A DNA stretch of 64,000 nucleotides from Mobula birostris (Eukaryota): the NCBI RefSeq assembly GCF_030028105.1, contig NC_092382.1, positions 68,620,125-68,684,124 on the forward strand, read 5' to 3'. This document shows positions 25,660-38,451 of this stretch, one piece after another; the stretch's first letter is position 1, and each line of letters begins with the position of its first letter. A program made the translations under genes and the position numbers. The notes below the pieces were generated by a model that did not search any database, was not told where the DNA came from, and worked only from the letters and a program-made list of their open reading frames with translations.

Positions 25660-25850
25660 ATCTGTGTATGTATGTGTGAGCGTTTGTGTGTGTGGGGGGA
25701 GTGTATGGGTGTGTTTGTGTGTGTGTGTGGGGGGGGCTGTGTTTGTGTGTGTGGGGGGTGGATGGGTGTGGGTGTGTGTGCCTGTATGTGTGTGCTTAAT
25801 CGTGTATATATAGCTATGCGTGTATGTGTGACTATATGAGTGTTTGTGTG
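25660..25850. repeat. Degenerate (GT)n low-complexity tract
   Basis: Directly visible. Confidence 0.9.
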
Positions 25851-26271
25851 TAGTAGTACCGCTTATATATCTTTGATAGCATATGAATAAAATTTCCGAT
25901 TCTTGCCGTGGATTTTGAAACGGTAAGTTAACGGAGAAAGCCGCTGTTGAATCCACCTGACGAATAGTTTGATCCTGAAATACTGCGGCGTTCAATTGTC
26001 TATAGGAATACAATGGGCTGATAAGGCTATCATTCACTGTCCTGTGGGTTCCGAGCACAACCATCAACACGATTGTCTCTGGTGTAAATACTGGCATGAT
26101 ATATTCTGTCATTTAGAGGCTCAATTCCGTAAACAGATGTCTTCATCTCCTGCTTTATCATAAAATACGTGTGCAGTTGGTATTATCTCCGCACGGCCCT
26201 GGTGTAAATAGACGCTGAACACCAAACCAGGTCACACACGAAATAAAGTGAAATTAGAAACCATTATCACC

Positions 26272-26274
26272 ACA

Positions 26275-26331
<57 letters not shown>

Positions 26332-26482
26332 CTTTCATCTCCCTCTTTCTCTCACTAACTCCGTCTCTCTACAACTCACAGGTACTCACTTCCTCCATCT
26401 CTCTCTCTCTCTCGCTCTCTCTCTGTCTCTCTCTCTGTCTGTCTCTCTTTCTCTCTCTCCCCCACCCTCTTTCTCTCTCCCT
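26272..26482. repeat. (CA)n followed by (CT)n-rich microsatellite
   Basis: Directly visible. Confidence 0.95.
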
Positions 26483-26739
26483 CACGTGCTCGATCTCTTG
26501 CCAGTTCATGCACTAAACTATTTGCAAATGTCCCTGGTCATGCCGTTCTCTCCCGACACCGAAGGCATTAAACAAGATATTTTACGGTTGAGTCTGCAAA
26601 TCGATTAAGAGACAGAAAACAAACCCGAAACGACATTGAAACGGTCGCACGGCCATGTTGCGGAAAGAATGCAACGATAGCAGCATGAATGAAAAAAATA
26701 AAGTGAGTTGGGGGAACAGAGAGTATGTTTCAATTAGAA

Positions 26740-29700
26740 AATGAAGAGGAGGTTGATTTGTAATTCATATAAAAAGCAGATTAGTGGTAGAGAACAACAG
26801 CAGTGCAGAGACAATCAACAAATGGGAGACGTTCAATCGGATAAGTCAGAAGTTGTGATACCTTTTGGTACCAATGACATAGGCAGGAAGAGGGATGAGG
26901 TCCTGACATGTGAGTTTCGGGAACTATGCAGAAGACTGAAGAACAGGACCTCAAGGGTGGCGTGCTCAGGATTGCTGCCAGTGCTACGTGACAGTGATGG
27001 TAAGAATTGGAGGAGATGGCAGTTGAATGCGTGGCTGAGGAGTTGGTGCAGGGAGCAGGGTTTTAGATTTTTAGATCATTGGGATCTCTTCTGGGGAAGG
27101 TGGGACCTGTACAGATTGGATGGGTTGCACCTGAACTCGAGGGAGAGCAATATCCTTGTAGGTAGGTTTGCAAGCATGGTTCGGGAGGGTTTAAACTAAT
27201 TTGCGAGGGGGATGGGACCCAGAGCGATAGAGCAGTGAAAGAAGTGCATGGAGTAAAGCCAGAGATAACATACAGAGAGATTTTGAGGAAAGAGAAGCAG
27301 AATAAACGGTGTAAAGACAGTAAGGTAGAAGGGCTGAAATGTGTGTACCTCAATGCAAGAAGCATCAGGAACAAAGGTAATGAACTGAGAGCTTGGACAC
27401 ATACTTGGAATTATGATGTAGTGGTCATTACAGAGACTTGGCTGGCACCAGGGCAGGAATGGATTCTCAATATTCCTGGATTTCAGTGCTTTAAAAGGGA
27501 TAGAGAGGGCGGAAAAAGGGGAGGAGGGGTGGCATTACTGGTCAGGGATACTATTACAGCTACAGAAAGGGTGGGTAACGTAGCAGGATCCTCTTTTGAG
27601 TCAATATGGGTGGAAGTCAGGAACAGGAAGGGAGCAGTTACTCTATTGGGGGTATTCTATAGGCCCCCTTGTAGCAGCAGAGATACAGGGGAGCATATTG
27701 GGAAGCAGATTTTTGGAACGGTTGTTATCATGGGTGACTTTAACGTCCCTAATATTGATTGGCATGATTGGTTACAAGGGTTTAGATGGGGCAGAGTTTG
27801 TTAAGTGTGTCCAGGACAGATTCCTGTCAGGGTATGTGGACAGGCCTACTACGGGGAATGCTATACTAGATATGGTACTAGGTAATAAACCGGGTCAGGT
27901 CACAGATCTCTCAGTGGGTGAGCAGCTGGGGGGCAGTGATCACCGCTCCCTGGCCTTTAGTATTATAATGGAAGAGGATAGAAACAGAGAGGACAGGGAA
28001 ATTTTTAATTAGGGAAGGGCAAATTATGAGGCTATAAGGCTAGAACTTGTGGGTGTGAATTTTGATGATCTTTTTTGCAGGGAAACGTAATTTGGACATG
28101 TGGTCGATGTTTAGAGATTTCTTGCAGGATGTTAGGGATAAATTTGTCCCGGTGACGAAGATAAAGAATGGTAGGGTGAAGGAACCATGGGTGACAAGTG
28201 AGGTGGAAAATCTAGTCAGGTGGAAGAAGGCAGCATACATGAGGTTTAGGAAGCAATGATCATATGCGTCTATTGAGGAATATAGGGAAGCAAGAAAGGA
28301 GCTTAATAAGGGGCTGAGAAGAGCAAGAAGAGGGCCTGAGAAGGCCTTGGCGAGTAGGGTAAAGGAAAACCCCAAGGCATTCTTCAATTATGTGGAGAAA
28401 AAAAGGATGACAAGAGTGAAGGTAGGACCGATTAGAGATAAAGGTGGGAAGATGTGTCTGGAGGCTGTGGAAGTGACCGAGATCCTCAACGAATACTTCT
28501 CTTCGCTATTCAACAATCAGAAGGAAGTTGATGATGGTGAGGACAATATGAGTGAGATTGATGTTCTGGAGCATGTTGATATTAAGGGAGAGGAGATGTT
28601 GGAGTTGTTAAAATACATTAGGACAGATAAGTTCCCCGGACTTGGCGGAATATTCCCCAGGCTGCTCCACGAGGCCAGAGAAGAGATTGCTGAGCCTCTG
28701 GCTAGGATCTTTACGTCCATGTTGTCCACGGGAATGGTACCGGAGGATTGGAGGAAGGCGAATGTTGTCCCCATGTTCAAAAAAGGTAGTAGGGATAGTC
28801 CGGGTAATTATAGACCAGTGAGCCTTACGTCTGTGGTGGGAAAGCTGTTGGAAAAGATTCTTAGAGATAGAATCTATAGGCATTTCTAGAATCATGGTCT
28901 GATCAGGGACAGTCAGCATGGCTTTGTGAAGGGCAGATCGTGTCTAACAAGCCTGATAGAGTTCTTTGAGGAGGTGACTAGGCATATAGATGAGGGTAGT
29001 GCAGTGGATGTGATCTATATGGATTTCAGTAAGGCATTTGACAAGGTTCCAAAAGGTAGGCTTATTCAGAAAGTTAGAAAGCATGGAATCCAGGGAAGTT
29101 TGGCCAGGTGGATTCAGAATTGGCTTGGCTGCAGAAGGCAGAGGGTGGTGGTGGAGGGAGTACATTCAGATTGGAGGACTGTGACTAGTGGTGTCCCACA
29201 AGGATCTGTTCTGGGACCTCTACTTTTCGTGATTTTGATTAGCGACCTGATTGTGGGGGTAGAACGGTGGATTGGCAAGTTTGCAGACGACACAAAGGTT
29301 GGTGGTGTTGTAGATAGTGTAGGGGATTGTCAAAGATTGCAGAGAGTCATTGATAGGATGCAGAAGTGGGCTGAGAAGTGGCAGATGGATTTCAACCCGG
29401 AGAAGTGTGAGGTGGTACACTTTGGAAGGACAAACTCCATGGCAGAGTACAAAGTAAATAGCAGGATACTTGGTAGTGTGGAGGAGCAGAGGGATCTGGG
29501 GGTACATGTCCACAGATCCCCGAAAGTTGCCTCACAGGTGGATAGTGTAGTTAAGAAAGCTTATGGGGGGTTAGCTTTCATAAGTCGAAGGATAGAGTTT
29601 AAGAGTCGCGATGTAATGATGCAGCTCTATAGAACTTTAGTTAGGCCACACTTGGAGTACTGTGTCCAGTTCTGGTCACTTCACTATAGGAAGGATGTGG

Positions 29701-30178
29701 AAGCATTGGAAAGGGTACAGAGGAGATTTACTAGGATGCTGCCTGGTTTAGAAAGTATGCATTATGATCAGAGATTAAGGGAGCTAGGGCTTTACTCTTT
29801 GGAGAGAAGGAGGATGAGAGGGGACATGATAGAGGTGTACAAGGTAATAAGAGGAATAGATAGAGTGGATAGCCAGCGCCTCTTCCCCGGGGCACCACTG
29901 CTCAATACAAGAGGACATGGCTTCAAGGTAAGGGGTGGGAAGTTCAAGGGGGATATTAGAGGAAGGTTTTTTACTCAGAGAGTGATTGGTGCGTGGAATG
30001 CACTGCCTGAGTCAGTGGTGGAGGCAGATACACTAGTGACGTGTAAGAGACTACTAGACAGGTATATGGAGGAATTTCAGGTGGGGGCTTTATGGAATGC
30101 AGGGTTTGAGGGTCGGCACAACATTGCGGGCCGAAGGGCCTGTACTGTGCTGTACTATTCTATGTTCTATGTTCTATA
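26740..30178 (+). mobile_element. Long CR1 LINE: ORF1 SGNH-esterase domain plus ORF2 (APE + RT), disabled by stops and frameshifts
   Basis: ORF1 GTNDIGR..DGLHLN (SGNH blocks III and V); ORF2 YLNARSI, ITETWL, MGDFN, SDH, GVPQGSVLGP, FADDTK; tail ttctatgttctatgttcta. Confidence 0.96.
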
Positions 30179-31044
30179 AATTGAGAGTGTGCGTTTCAAT
30201 CTCCACGTGCTTGTCGCGGGAAGAGAGTGAAGAAGGTGGTTCATTCTCTACCCATCAGTCTCCGGTGCAACGTGAGAGTGTGGGGTACATTTTGTTTATA
30301 TAAGCCCCTGGTATAGACAGAGAGTGGAGTTCTGTAGGTGCCATTCTCTGGTTCAGTGAATTCATTCTTTAAAAAATAGTCTCTGCTAAAGTGCTGGGGC
30401 GGTGGTTTGTCTCTGCGTCTGTCGGTCTCCGCTACTGGGCGAGAGCGTGGGTTGATTCTGCATCCGTCAGTCTCTGCTGCAGTGCGAGATCGTGGGCTTC
30501 ATTTTGTGTTACTCAGGCTCTGTTCGGGCAGAGAGTGTGTCGTCTCTCTCCAGTACCTGCGAACCTCTGATTCAGTGTGAGCGGGAGTATAGTTTTTTTC
30601 ATCGTTTTCGCTCTTCCTCAAGTCAAATAAATATAGTAAATCTGGTAAAAATATACTCTATATTCCCGGAGCTGTTTTTAAGAAGAAGAGTCTTCTGCAG
30701 TTGGTTATGTTAAAATTGTGAGATGGACAGTTCACTTATGAATGATGACGTTTGATGTAACAGTACATCCTGTACAATGGAGTCATATGATAACAGACCG
30801 TTCGGCCCGCGTACATTCTGCACGCTATTCGTTGCTTAACCACATAGAGCCAATTGAGCAGCGCCTGATCTGAAACGTTATATGGCTTGCCAACACAACT
30901 TCTTAAATGTTGACTGAAAATAAACAAAATATTGAAATTAATTTATTCGAGCAATGTCCCATTCATAAATAATATAATATTCCTTTCGATTTTCTTCTGA
31001 CAGCTTCAGGCTGGTCTGTAATTTATCTTGCATATTTTGTTTCA

Positions 31045-31135
31045 TGGAGTTTGATGGGACGGTGCGGCAGGAGCTACACTCTGTCTCTGACCCCGGGAGA
31101 GTGTGTGATGGGACAGTGTCGAAGGAGTTTCACTG
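31045..31135 (+). repeat. Two degenerate units of a ~53-bp satellite-like repeat
   Basis: gagt(t/gtg)tgatgggac(g/a)gtg..ggag..cact occurs twice. Confidence 0.55.
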
Positions 31136-31544
31136 CTTTCCGACAGCCGTGATATACTGTATTTACTGAAGCAACTAATGCTGTCCAACCCCTGTCATGC
31201 TATCGCGATTGCATTACCGTGCTGGCCCTATGCCGGATCCTCGGAGGTATTATCGCCCGAGATTTTGACTCTGCTCTCCGTGTCCACAGCTGAGCCATCA
31301 GAGAGGGTTGCTGTTTTCTCCCGAATTCCTCTTCCGGAGTGCTGCCATCAGTCCGTCTGTCATTCTGATGTTGTTGTGCGGGATAAGCGTTTCCGCAGCA
31401 TTCAAGCGGCCGGGCTGATTGCGCTGAGAATCTCTAAAATGCTGATGGGTGTACTTTCCGTGTTAACCAAGGGAGCTGTAACGGGATATGGAACACATTC
31501 GCAGTGAAGGATGGGGATATGTATGATGCGTCATGACTGTGGAA

Positions 31545-31680
31545 AATAGAAACACCGAAAGACAGAAAACCTACAGTCCAATACAGGCCCTTCGGCCCGC
31601 AATACTGTGAAATTACCCCGGGTGACCCATAGCTCTATTATTCTAAGCTCTAAATACCTATCTAGGAGTCTCTTAAAATG
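31545..31680 (-). mobile_element. Short CR1 3' tail
   Basis: FKRLLDRYL motif plus ggcccttcggccc 3'UTR. Confidence 0.75.
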
Positions 31681-32319
31681 GTTTGGAATTAGTTTACATT
31701 TGGAGTAGATATTCCATTTACCCCTGAGGACCTCAGCGCAGTGTATGATTCCACGTACGTCATGCATCTGAGATGTTAACTTTGCTGGAGGGGTTTGAGT
31801 CCGGGATAGCGTTATGAAGATTTATGTTATGACCAAGATTTATTCTGTATAGTTAATTGTTTTGCGTGGTTAGAATTCCTGTCTCGTAACACTGGGTATG
31901 TTTGCTCAAGTCTTTCAGACCGAGTATTTGAGGTAATTGTGGATGCTTCAATATATTCGCTGCAATATCGGAAGGTTCTCGTTATTCCCATCTATTCTTG
32001 GCCTGTTCTGCTACCTTGGGAGAATTCCCTCATTCATTGTTTTGTATAGATCAGGCAGATCCACTATTTGAACTCATCTGGAAATGTTGAGGTGTGTTGT
32101 TCCTGGCTTATTCCAAGGACAGAAGGCTGAATGACGTGGACGTATCGGGAGATTACTTTACACATAGAAGCTGTTTTTGGCATTGTACGGTTCAATCATT
32201 CGGATAATTTTCACAGATAGACTATCAGCATTCGGCATTGTGTTACTGCAGAGATTTATCTCCGGTAGAAGTGTCAATATTAAATTTATATTCAATAGTT
32301 TGGCCGTTTAATATTTCCC

Positions 32320-33132
32320 GGCGCTTATCCTTTTAAGCGGAACAAGTGCTACACATGCCCTTACACTTCCTCCCTTACCACCCTTCAGGGCCCCAGACAG
32401 TTCTTCCAGGTGAGGCGACACTTCACCTGTGAGCCGGCTGGGGTGATATACTGTTTCCGGTGCTCCCGGTGCGGCCTTCTATATATTGGCGAGACCCGAC
32501 GCAGGCTGGGAGATCATTTCGCTGAACACCTACGCTCTGTCCGCCAGAAAAAGCAGGATTATCTAGTAGCCACACATTTTAATTCCACATCCCACTTCCA
32601 TTCTGACACGTCAATCCATGGCCGCCCCTACTGTCAAGATGACGTCACACTCAGGTTGGAGGAACAACACCTTATATTCTGTCTGGGTAGCCTCCAACCT
32701 GATGGCATGAGCATTGACTTCTCTAACTTTCATTAATGACCCGCGCCCCCTGCTTACCACATTCCTTATTTATGTATGTATTTATTTATTTATTTACTTA
32801 CTTGCTTGCTTACTTACTATTCCCCCCTTTTTTGTCTCACTTTTTTTTTCTCTCTGTCCCTCTCACAATCACTCGCTGCCTGCTCTCCATCTTCCTCTGA
32901 GCTCCCCTCCCTGGGCCTTTCTTTCTCACTAGGCCTTCCGTCCAATGATCCTTCCCCTTCTCCAGTTCTGTCTCCCTTTTGTCAATCAACCTTCCAGCTC
33001 GTAGCTTCATCACTCCCCCTCCTGTCTTCTCCTATCATTTCGCAAGTCCCGCTCACCCTCCCACTTTCAAATCTCTTATTATCTCTTTTTACCGTTAATC
33101 CTGACGAAGGGTCTCTGCCAGAAACGTCGACT
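32320..33132 (+). mobile_element. Penelope-like element 3' fragment (GIY-YIG endonuclease, 3'UTR, degenerate hammerhead)
   Basis: VIYCFRCSRCGLLYIGETRRRLGDHFAEH; close paralog of 42000-42780. Confidence 0.92.
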
Positions 33133-33149
33133 CTAAAGACTCTAAAGAC

Positions 33150-33775
33150 TGGGCGAGAGACACCCGGGCATGGAGAGAGAAACTGAAGGGGAAGAGGTAT
33201 AAAAGAGAGACTGCTGTGCACAAGTGATAAGAGAAAGGCTGGGAGAAGCGACATTCGGGCAGACAGAGACTGGGGAACGTGAGCTGACTGGCGTAGGAGA
33301 AAGAGAGCGCGGGAGGGAGAGAATGGGGTGAAAGACGGGGTAGTGAGGGTCTTGGAAGAGAGAGAGAGATGCTAAGAGAGACTGGGAGAGAGAAAGATAG
33401 GAGGAGCGAGAGACCGGGGAAAGAAATGGGTAGGGAGCGCCGGGGGGTTAGTGACACTGGACGGAGAAGGAAACACGGGGAGGGAGGCCGGGTGAGAGAG
33501 ACTGGAGGTTGAGAGAGGCAAGGCGTGAAACAGGTTCTGAACTAACAGTGGGACTGAGGGGTAAAGGGCAGATTTTGGAAAGAGATACTGGGCTAGGGAA
33601 AACGGGGAGAGAGTGACAAAGGAAGAAAGACATGGGAAGGGAGATTGGAGAGGGAGCGAGACAGGCGAGAAGAGGAGGGAACAGATAGAAGGCAACAGAA
33701 GACGGAGGGAGAGAGGAAGACGAAAGAAAGTTTGGGCGAGAGGCATGCCAGGGGGCGATACTGGGAGGGGGGGGG

Positions 33776-33808
<33 letters not shown>

Positions 33809-33991
33809 GAGACAGAGATGGATAGATAGATAGAGAGAAAGAGAGACGAGGTAGAAAGTGAAAGATGGGTGAGGGACTGGTCAGGATGGGAGGCTGGGGG
33901 AGAGAAAGAGACTGGGTAGAAATCCAGAGTGGAGAGAGAGGTATTTTTGGGTAGAAAGACTGGGTACAGGTAGAAACAGAGAGAAAGAGAG

Positions 33992-34066
<75 letters not shown>

Positions 34067-34480
34067 TTATAGGGCAGAGTGGCAAAGAGTGATGGCGGCA
34101 GAGGCTGGTGAGGTACGAGAGAGCAATGGGAAGAGAGAGATCGGGGGGGAGGGTCCTTGTGTGAAGATAGAGGCCGGGGTGATGGGAGAGGTTTCGATGG
34201 GTGTAGAGATCGGAGAGGGGACAGAACTAAGATAGCGCTGTGGAGAGACCGGTAAGTAGGGGGAAAGAGTGACAGAGTGAAACGGTATAGAGACGGGAAG
34301 AGAGAGAGATGGGGACGAGACTGTGAAGGGAGACAGCGCACTTAGTGTGCGGTGCGATGGTGCAGAATGAGCCTGGGTCAGAGCAGGACGGGGGTGTACG
34401 GAGACGACACGTAGAGAGCGAGAGACGGGGAGAAACTGGGGCGAAAATGAGAGCTGAGTTGGGCAGAGACGGGGGGGCAG
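33150..34480. repeat. GA-rich low-complexity region with (GA)n microsatellites
   Basis: Directly visible; pure (GA)n at about 33777-33802 and 33995-34061. Confidence 0.92.
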
Positions 34481-36839
34481 GTGGTGAGAAAGACTGTTGG
34501 GACGTGGTAAGTCTGGAATGAGGGTGTGTTTCGAAGAGTGAGTCAAAATTCGGAAAAAAAATGCATCGTGAGGGGTTAGAGGGCTTTCCGTCACGCATAG
34601 CATTCTGGGACTGCAGTGCCGGTATTGTAAAGTGCTTCCGAACCCTTCAACACCTGCCGAAACGCTGACCCCTTCCCTTGACCTCACTCCTTCCAACCCG
34701 CATGCACGGTCTCCCTCCCTCCAAACATTCTTCACTACCATCACCCTCCCTCTCTCTCTGACCTCCAACCTCCGTCCCTGCGCATGTAATTTCCGAGTAT
34801 AGAGTTTACAGGACTGTATCTTGCTTTAGCTTTATGACACTGGCGACGTCTGCGTTTTCCACTTAAGAATATCGTGCTTGTCACTACGACTCCACAGAAC
34901 GACAAGACAACTGCGCAAATGAGATGAACGTAAACGGATGGGCCACAAATCATGAAAACAATATTATGAACAAACTCCATTGTTGTGCTATGGTCTCACA
35001 CATATCTCTGCTACTAGATATAAAGACAAGGTTTTTACTTGTACCTCGGAGCTCCACACATGTGGATTCTCCATGATCCATGATCAAATAAATGATTAGC
35101 CAATTGAAATCCGGTACCGAAATTAATTTTAAAACAATCTCTGGCTAATTGCCGTAGACAAGCAGGATCCCGACAAAACGGCGTCGAACGATGGAGTAAC
35201 TGAGGGTCGCAAAGGCAATTTCGAGTTAGCGACCCGTTGCGTGAGCCTCCCTGATCATGGCCCACGACTGGGTAGAGCGGATGGAATCGACAAGGCCAAG
35301 TAGAAAAGACCGCAACATTATGTGAAGTATTGTGCGACGTAAGGAAGTCAGGATCCGGATCCAAGACGCACCCAAGATGTTCTCTAATTAGTAAATAAAC
35401 CCAATAGATATAAATAAGACTTCAACACCCTCCTCCTTCGTTTGCAGGACCAGGTAAGCAGATTGAAATAGGATGGGAAGTAGTAACAGTAAAGTTGATC
35501 AGGAATGCGGGGGAGAGATTGCCCTGTAAAGATAAAGATGAGAACCAGGTAAATAGATTGAAGGAGGATGGTAAGTAATGATACTAAAGTTGATGAGAGA
35601 AATGCCGGGTCAGTTTTCTCTTTAAAGATAAAGAATAAAACGAGAAAGAAGCGCCAGAAATTTGAGCGAGTAAAGATGTCGCTTGCAGAGCCGCTGGTGC
35701 CGCCAATCTCCTCTGCTGATCAGGTCTGGTTGGAAAGTGGATATAGTAGCTATGTGATTCCTTTTACTAGTGACTTATATGGCTGGACATAAGGAAGGTG
35801 GCGTATTGGGAGTCTCTCGAGAAAAAGAAAATTAAATAATTTAAACAGGAAAGTGGTAGCGGAGACGGAGAACCTACGTGGGATTTAATGAAAGGTTTTG
35901 ATATATGCACTTTACTCTGTTTGTTTGTGCCTGGTCCATCTGTGGATTTTGTGTGTGGTGTGTGCTGCTGTATTTTGCACCCTGGGTCGTAGAAACATTG
36001 TCTCGTTTGTCGGTGTGCATGTGTGCAATTAAATGACAATTATCCTGACTTGACTTGTCTTGAATAAGGGCTGGAGGTAGCTAAGCGACATCAATGTCGG
36101 AAGCAAAAAGAAAATGGACTGTCTGACCAAACGGTGTCAAATCAAAAGAAAGGGGAGGCGAATCAATGCTTATATCCTCATCTAGTCAGCTTGAGCCCAG
36201 GCTGGATTCAGGTCTGGAAAAAAAAATCAATGTTAGCAGAAGCTATACGACAGAATTAAACACCCCGACCCCGCCTTATAACGCTCAGGCAACCGAAGCC
36301 GCAGAGCAGAAGGGGGACAAACAGCAACACAAAGAACTATCCAAGGATAAATTAACGCATTGCATTGTCGCTTGTGCACTGGTGGAAGGGGCTGGAAAGA
36401 ACAGAACATGACTATAATTTGCTTCTTAAAAGAAAAAACGGAGAGAGAAAAGAAAGAACTGAAGTCAGAAATAAATCCTGTTACACAATATCCAAGTAAG
36501 TATAATTGACGCTGTCGCGGTAGTTCGGCCGTGGATCCTGTTCGAAGTTCGGGCTATGAGACAAATTTGTGAAATTTATAACCCTTGGCTGGATATGTTC
36601 ACATGTTATTGAAGGTGGTGTGCGGAACCCACCTGACCTGCAGTGCAAGGAAAGTCCCCAGCGGACAGAGGGAGAAACGATAATGACGGAGATAACGTTA
36701 TCAATGGGACGTGGTGAAAGGGGACCCTGTAAGGCTGCAATTGTCTGGCAACTTGTCAGCATAGTTATCTCCGAGAGGTTGCCAGGTACAGGCAAAAACC
36801 AGGCGGAAACATAACTGACTGTATTTCCTGTTCCTGACT

Positions 36840-37582
36840 GCATTAATGATAAGACTCTTGGCAGTGTGGAGGATCAGAGGGGCCTTGAGGTCCGAGTCCA
36901 TAGGACACTCAAAGCTGCTGTGCAGGTTGATTCTGTCGTTCAAAAGGCATACGGTGTATTGGACTTCTTCAATCGTGGGATTGAGTTTAAAAGCCGAGAG
37001 GTAATGTTGCAGCTATATAAGACGCTGGTCTGACCCCACTTGGAGTACTATGCTCAATTCTCGTCGCGTCACTACAGGAAGGATGTGGAAACCATAGAAA
37101 GGGTGATGAGGAGATTTACAAGTATGTTGCCTCGGTTGGGGAGCATGATTTACGAGACTAGGCTGAGTGAACCCGACCTTTTCTCCTTGGAGCGACGGAG
37201 GATGAGAGGTGAGCTGATAGATGTGTTTAAGATAATAAGAGGCAGTGATCGTGTGAATATTCAGAGGCTTTTTCCAAGGGCTGAAATGGCTAGCACGAGA
37301 GGGCATAGTTTTGAGGTGCTTAAAAGTAGGTACAGAGGAGATGTCAGGGGTAAGTTTTTTTATAGGCAGAGAGTGGTGAGTGCGTGGAATGGGCTGCCGG
37401 CGATGGTGGTGGAGGCGGATACAACTGGGTATTTTAAAAGACTCCTGCACAAGTACACGGAGCTCACAAAAATAGAGGGCTATGGGTTACACTAGGAAAT
37501 TTTTAAGGTAAGGAGATGTTCGACACGCTTTTTGGGCCGAAGGGCCTGTATTCTGCTGTAGGTTTTGTATGTGTCTATGTAT
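36840..37582 (+). mobile_element. CR1 3' fragment
   Basis: EYYAQF..HYRKDVETIERV..TRGHSF..WNGLP. Confidence 0.92.
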
Positions 37583-37985
37583 TTCCCGTTTCCCTGAGAG
37601 ATGGGAATCTTCTGCTGGAATAGTCTTGCAGGACAACTCTGCACTGCCTTATGGATGGAACGGACACTCTTAAACTGCCTAACGACCTTTATTATCTACA
37701 GCAGATTATTCTGAAATGACAACCTCTGATGCATTTACATTGCACCGCCCGATACACTGAAACACCTCAGTCGAGCTATCACCAAAAGGTTCTTTCCGTG
37801 CGTAACAGAGCAGAAACTCTTCCTTTAACCGAGCACATCTGTTGAGGTCCAGAGGGCATAGTGGCAGCAGCGTTTTTGAGTGAGCAACAGAATGAACGGT
37901 TTAAATTGCCAAACTGAACCTGTCATGTCACTCTAGTCATTAACCCCCCCCGCAACTCTTCAACTACTCGAAGCCGTGCTTAAGA

Positions 37986-38449
37986 CTTTACTCGAGTTAA
38001 ACCGCACTAGTGTATAACTCTGCCTAATACGAATGCCTCTCTACAACTATATTCCTCTCAGGCTGGATGTATAATATTTCCTTCTTCATCGTTAAAAGAA
38101 GGTTTGACCTGTTTGTTACCCCTTCTTTTTCCGAGTATGTCGAACTTCTATACGGCAATATGATTTGTCACTGGATGCAGTGGAACGCATGAATCCTGTC
38201 ATGAAAACACTTTTCGATCAGAAAGGGTTTGTAGTCCCTGTAATTATCTTATATTACCAGTTCCGAAACCAGGTCGTGATAATGAGTGACTTTTGTTTTT
38301 TTGCAATCTTTGAGGGCGATTAGCAAGATACCATCTCAAGGGTTCAGCAACGGCAATTTAACAGAACGACATGGGGCCGCAGACAACCCATTGCATAGTT
38401 TCCTGCAGAATTACCAGCAGTTGTAAGAGGATGCCTGGTTGTCCAACAC
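37986..38449 (+). repeat. Dispersed duplicated block, copy 2 (paralog 20139-20684)
   Basis: Matches copy 1 with an internal deletion near 38130-38150. Confidence 0.9.
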
Positions 38450-38451
38450 GA

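Noticed and set aside
24953-26112. 284-286 aa ORFs
   Set aside because: Artefacts spanning the N gap and GT repeats
26740-30179. CR1 as an active or domesticated gene
   Set aside because: ORF2 is broken by several stops and frameshifts; the esterase ORF1 is a known CR1 feature
30375-30545. Possible ~45-bp degenerate tandem repeat
   Set aside because: Too diverged to define units or ascribe meaning
33095-34768. Long Ser/Leu/Pro-rich ORFs
   Set aside because: Stop-poor GA/CT low-complexity sequence, no domain
35035-35380. CpG-rich unique stretch as a possible exon or foreign DNA
   Set aside because: No recognisable product or structure in any frame I examined
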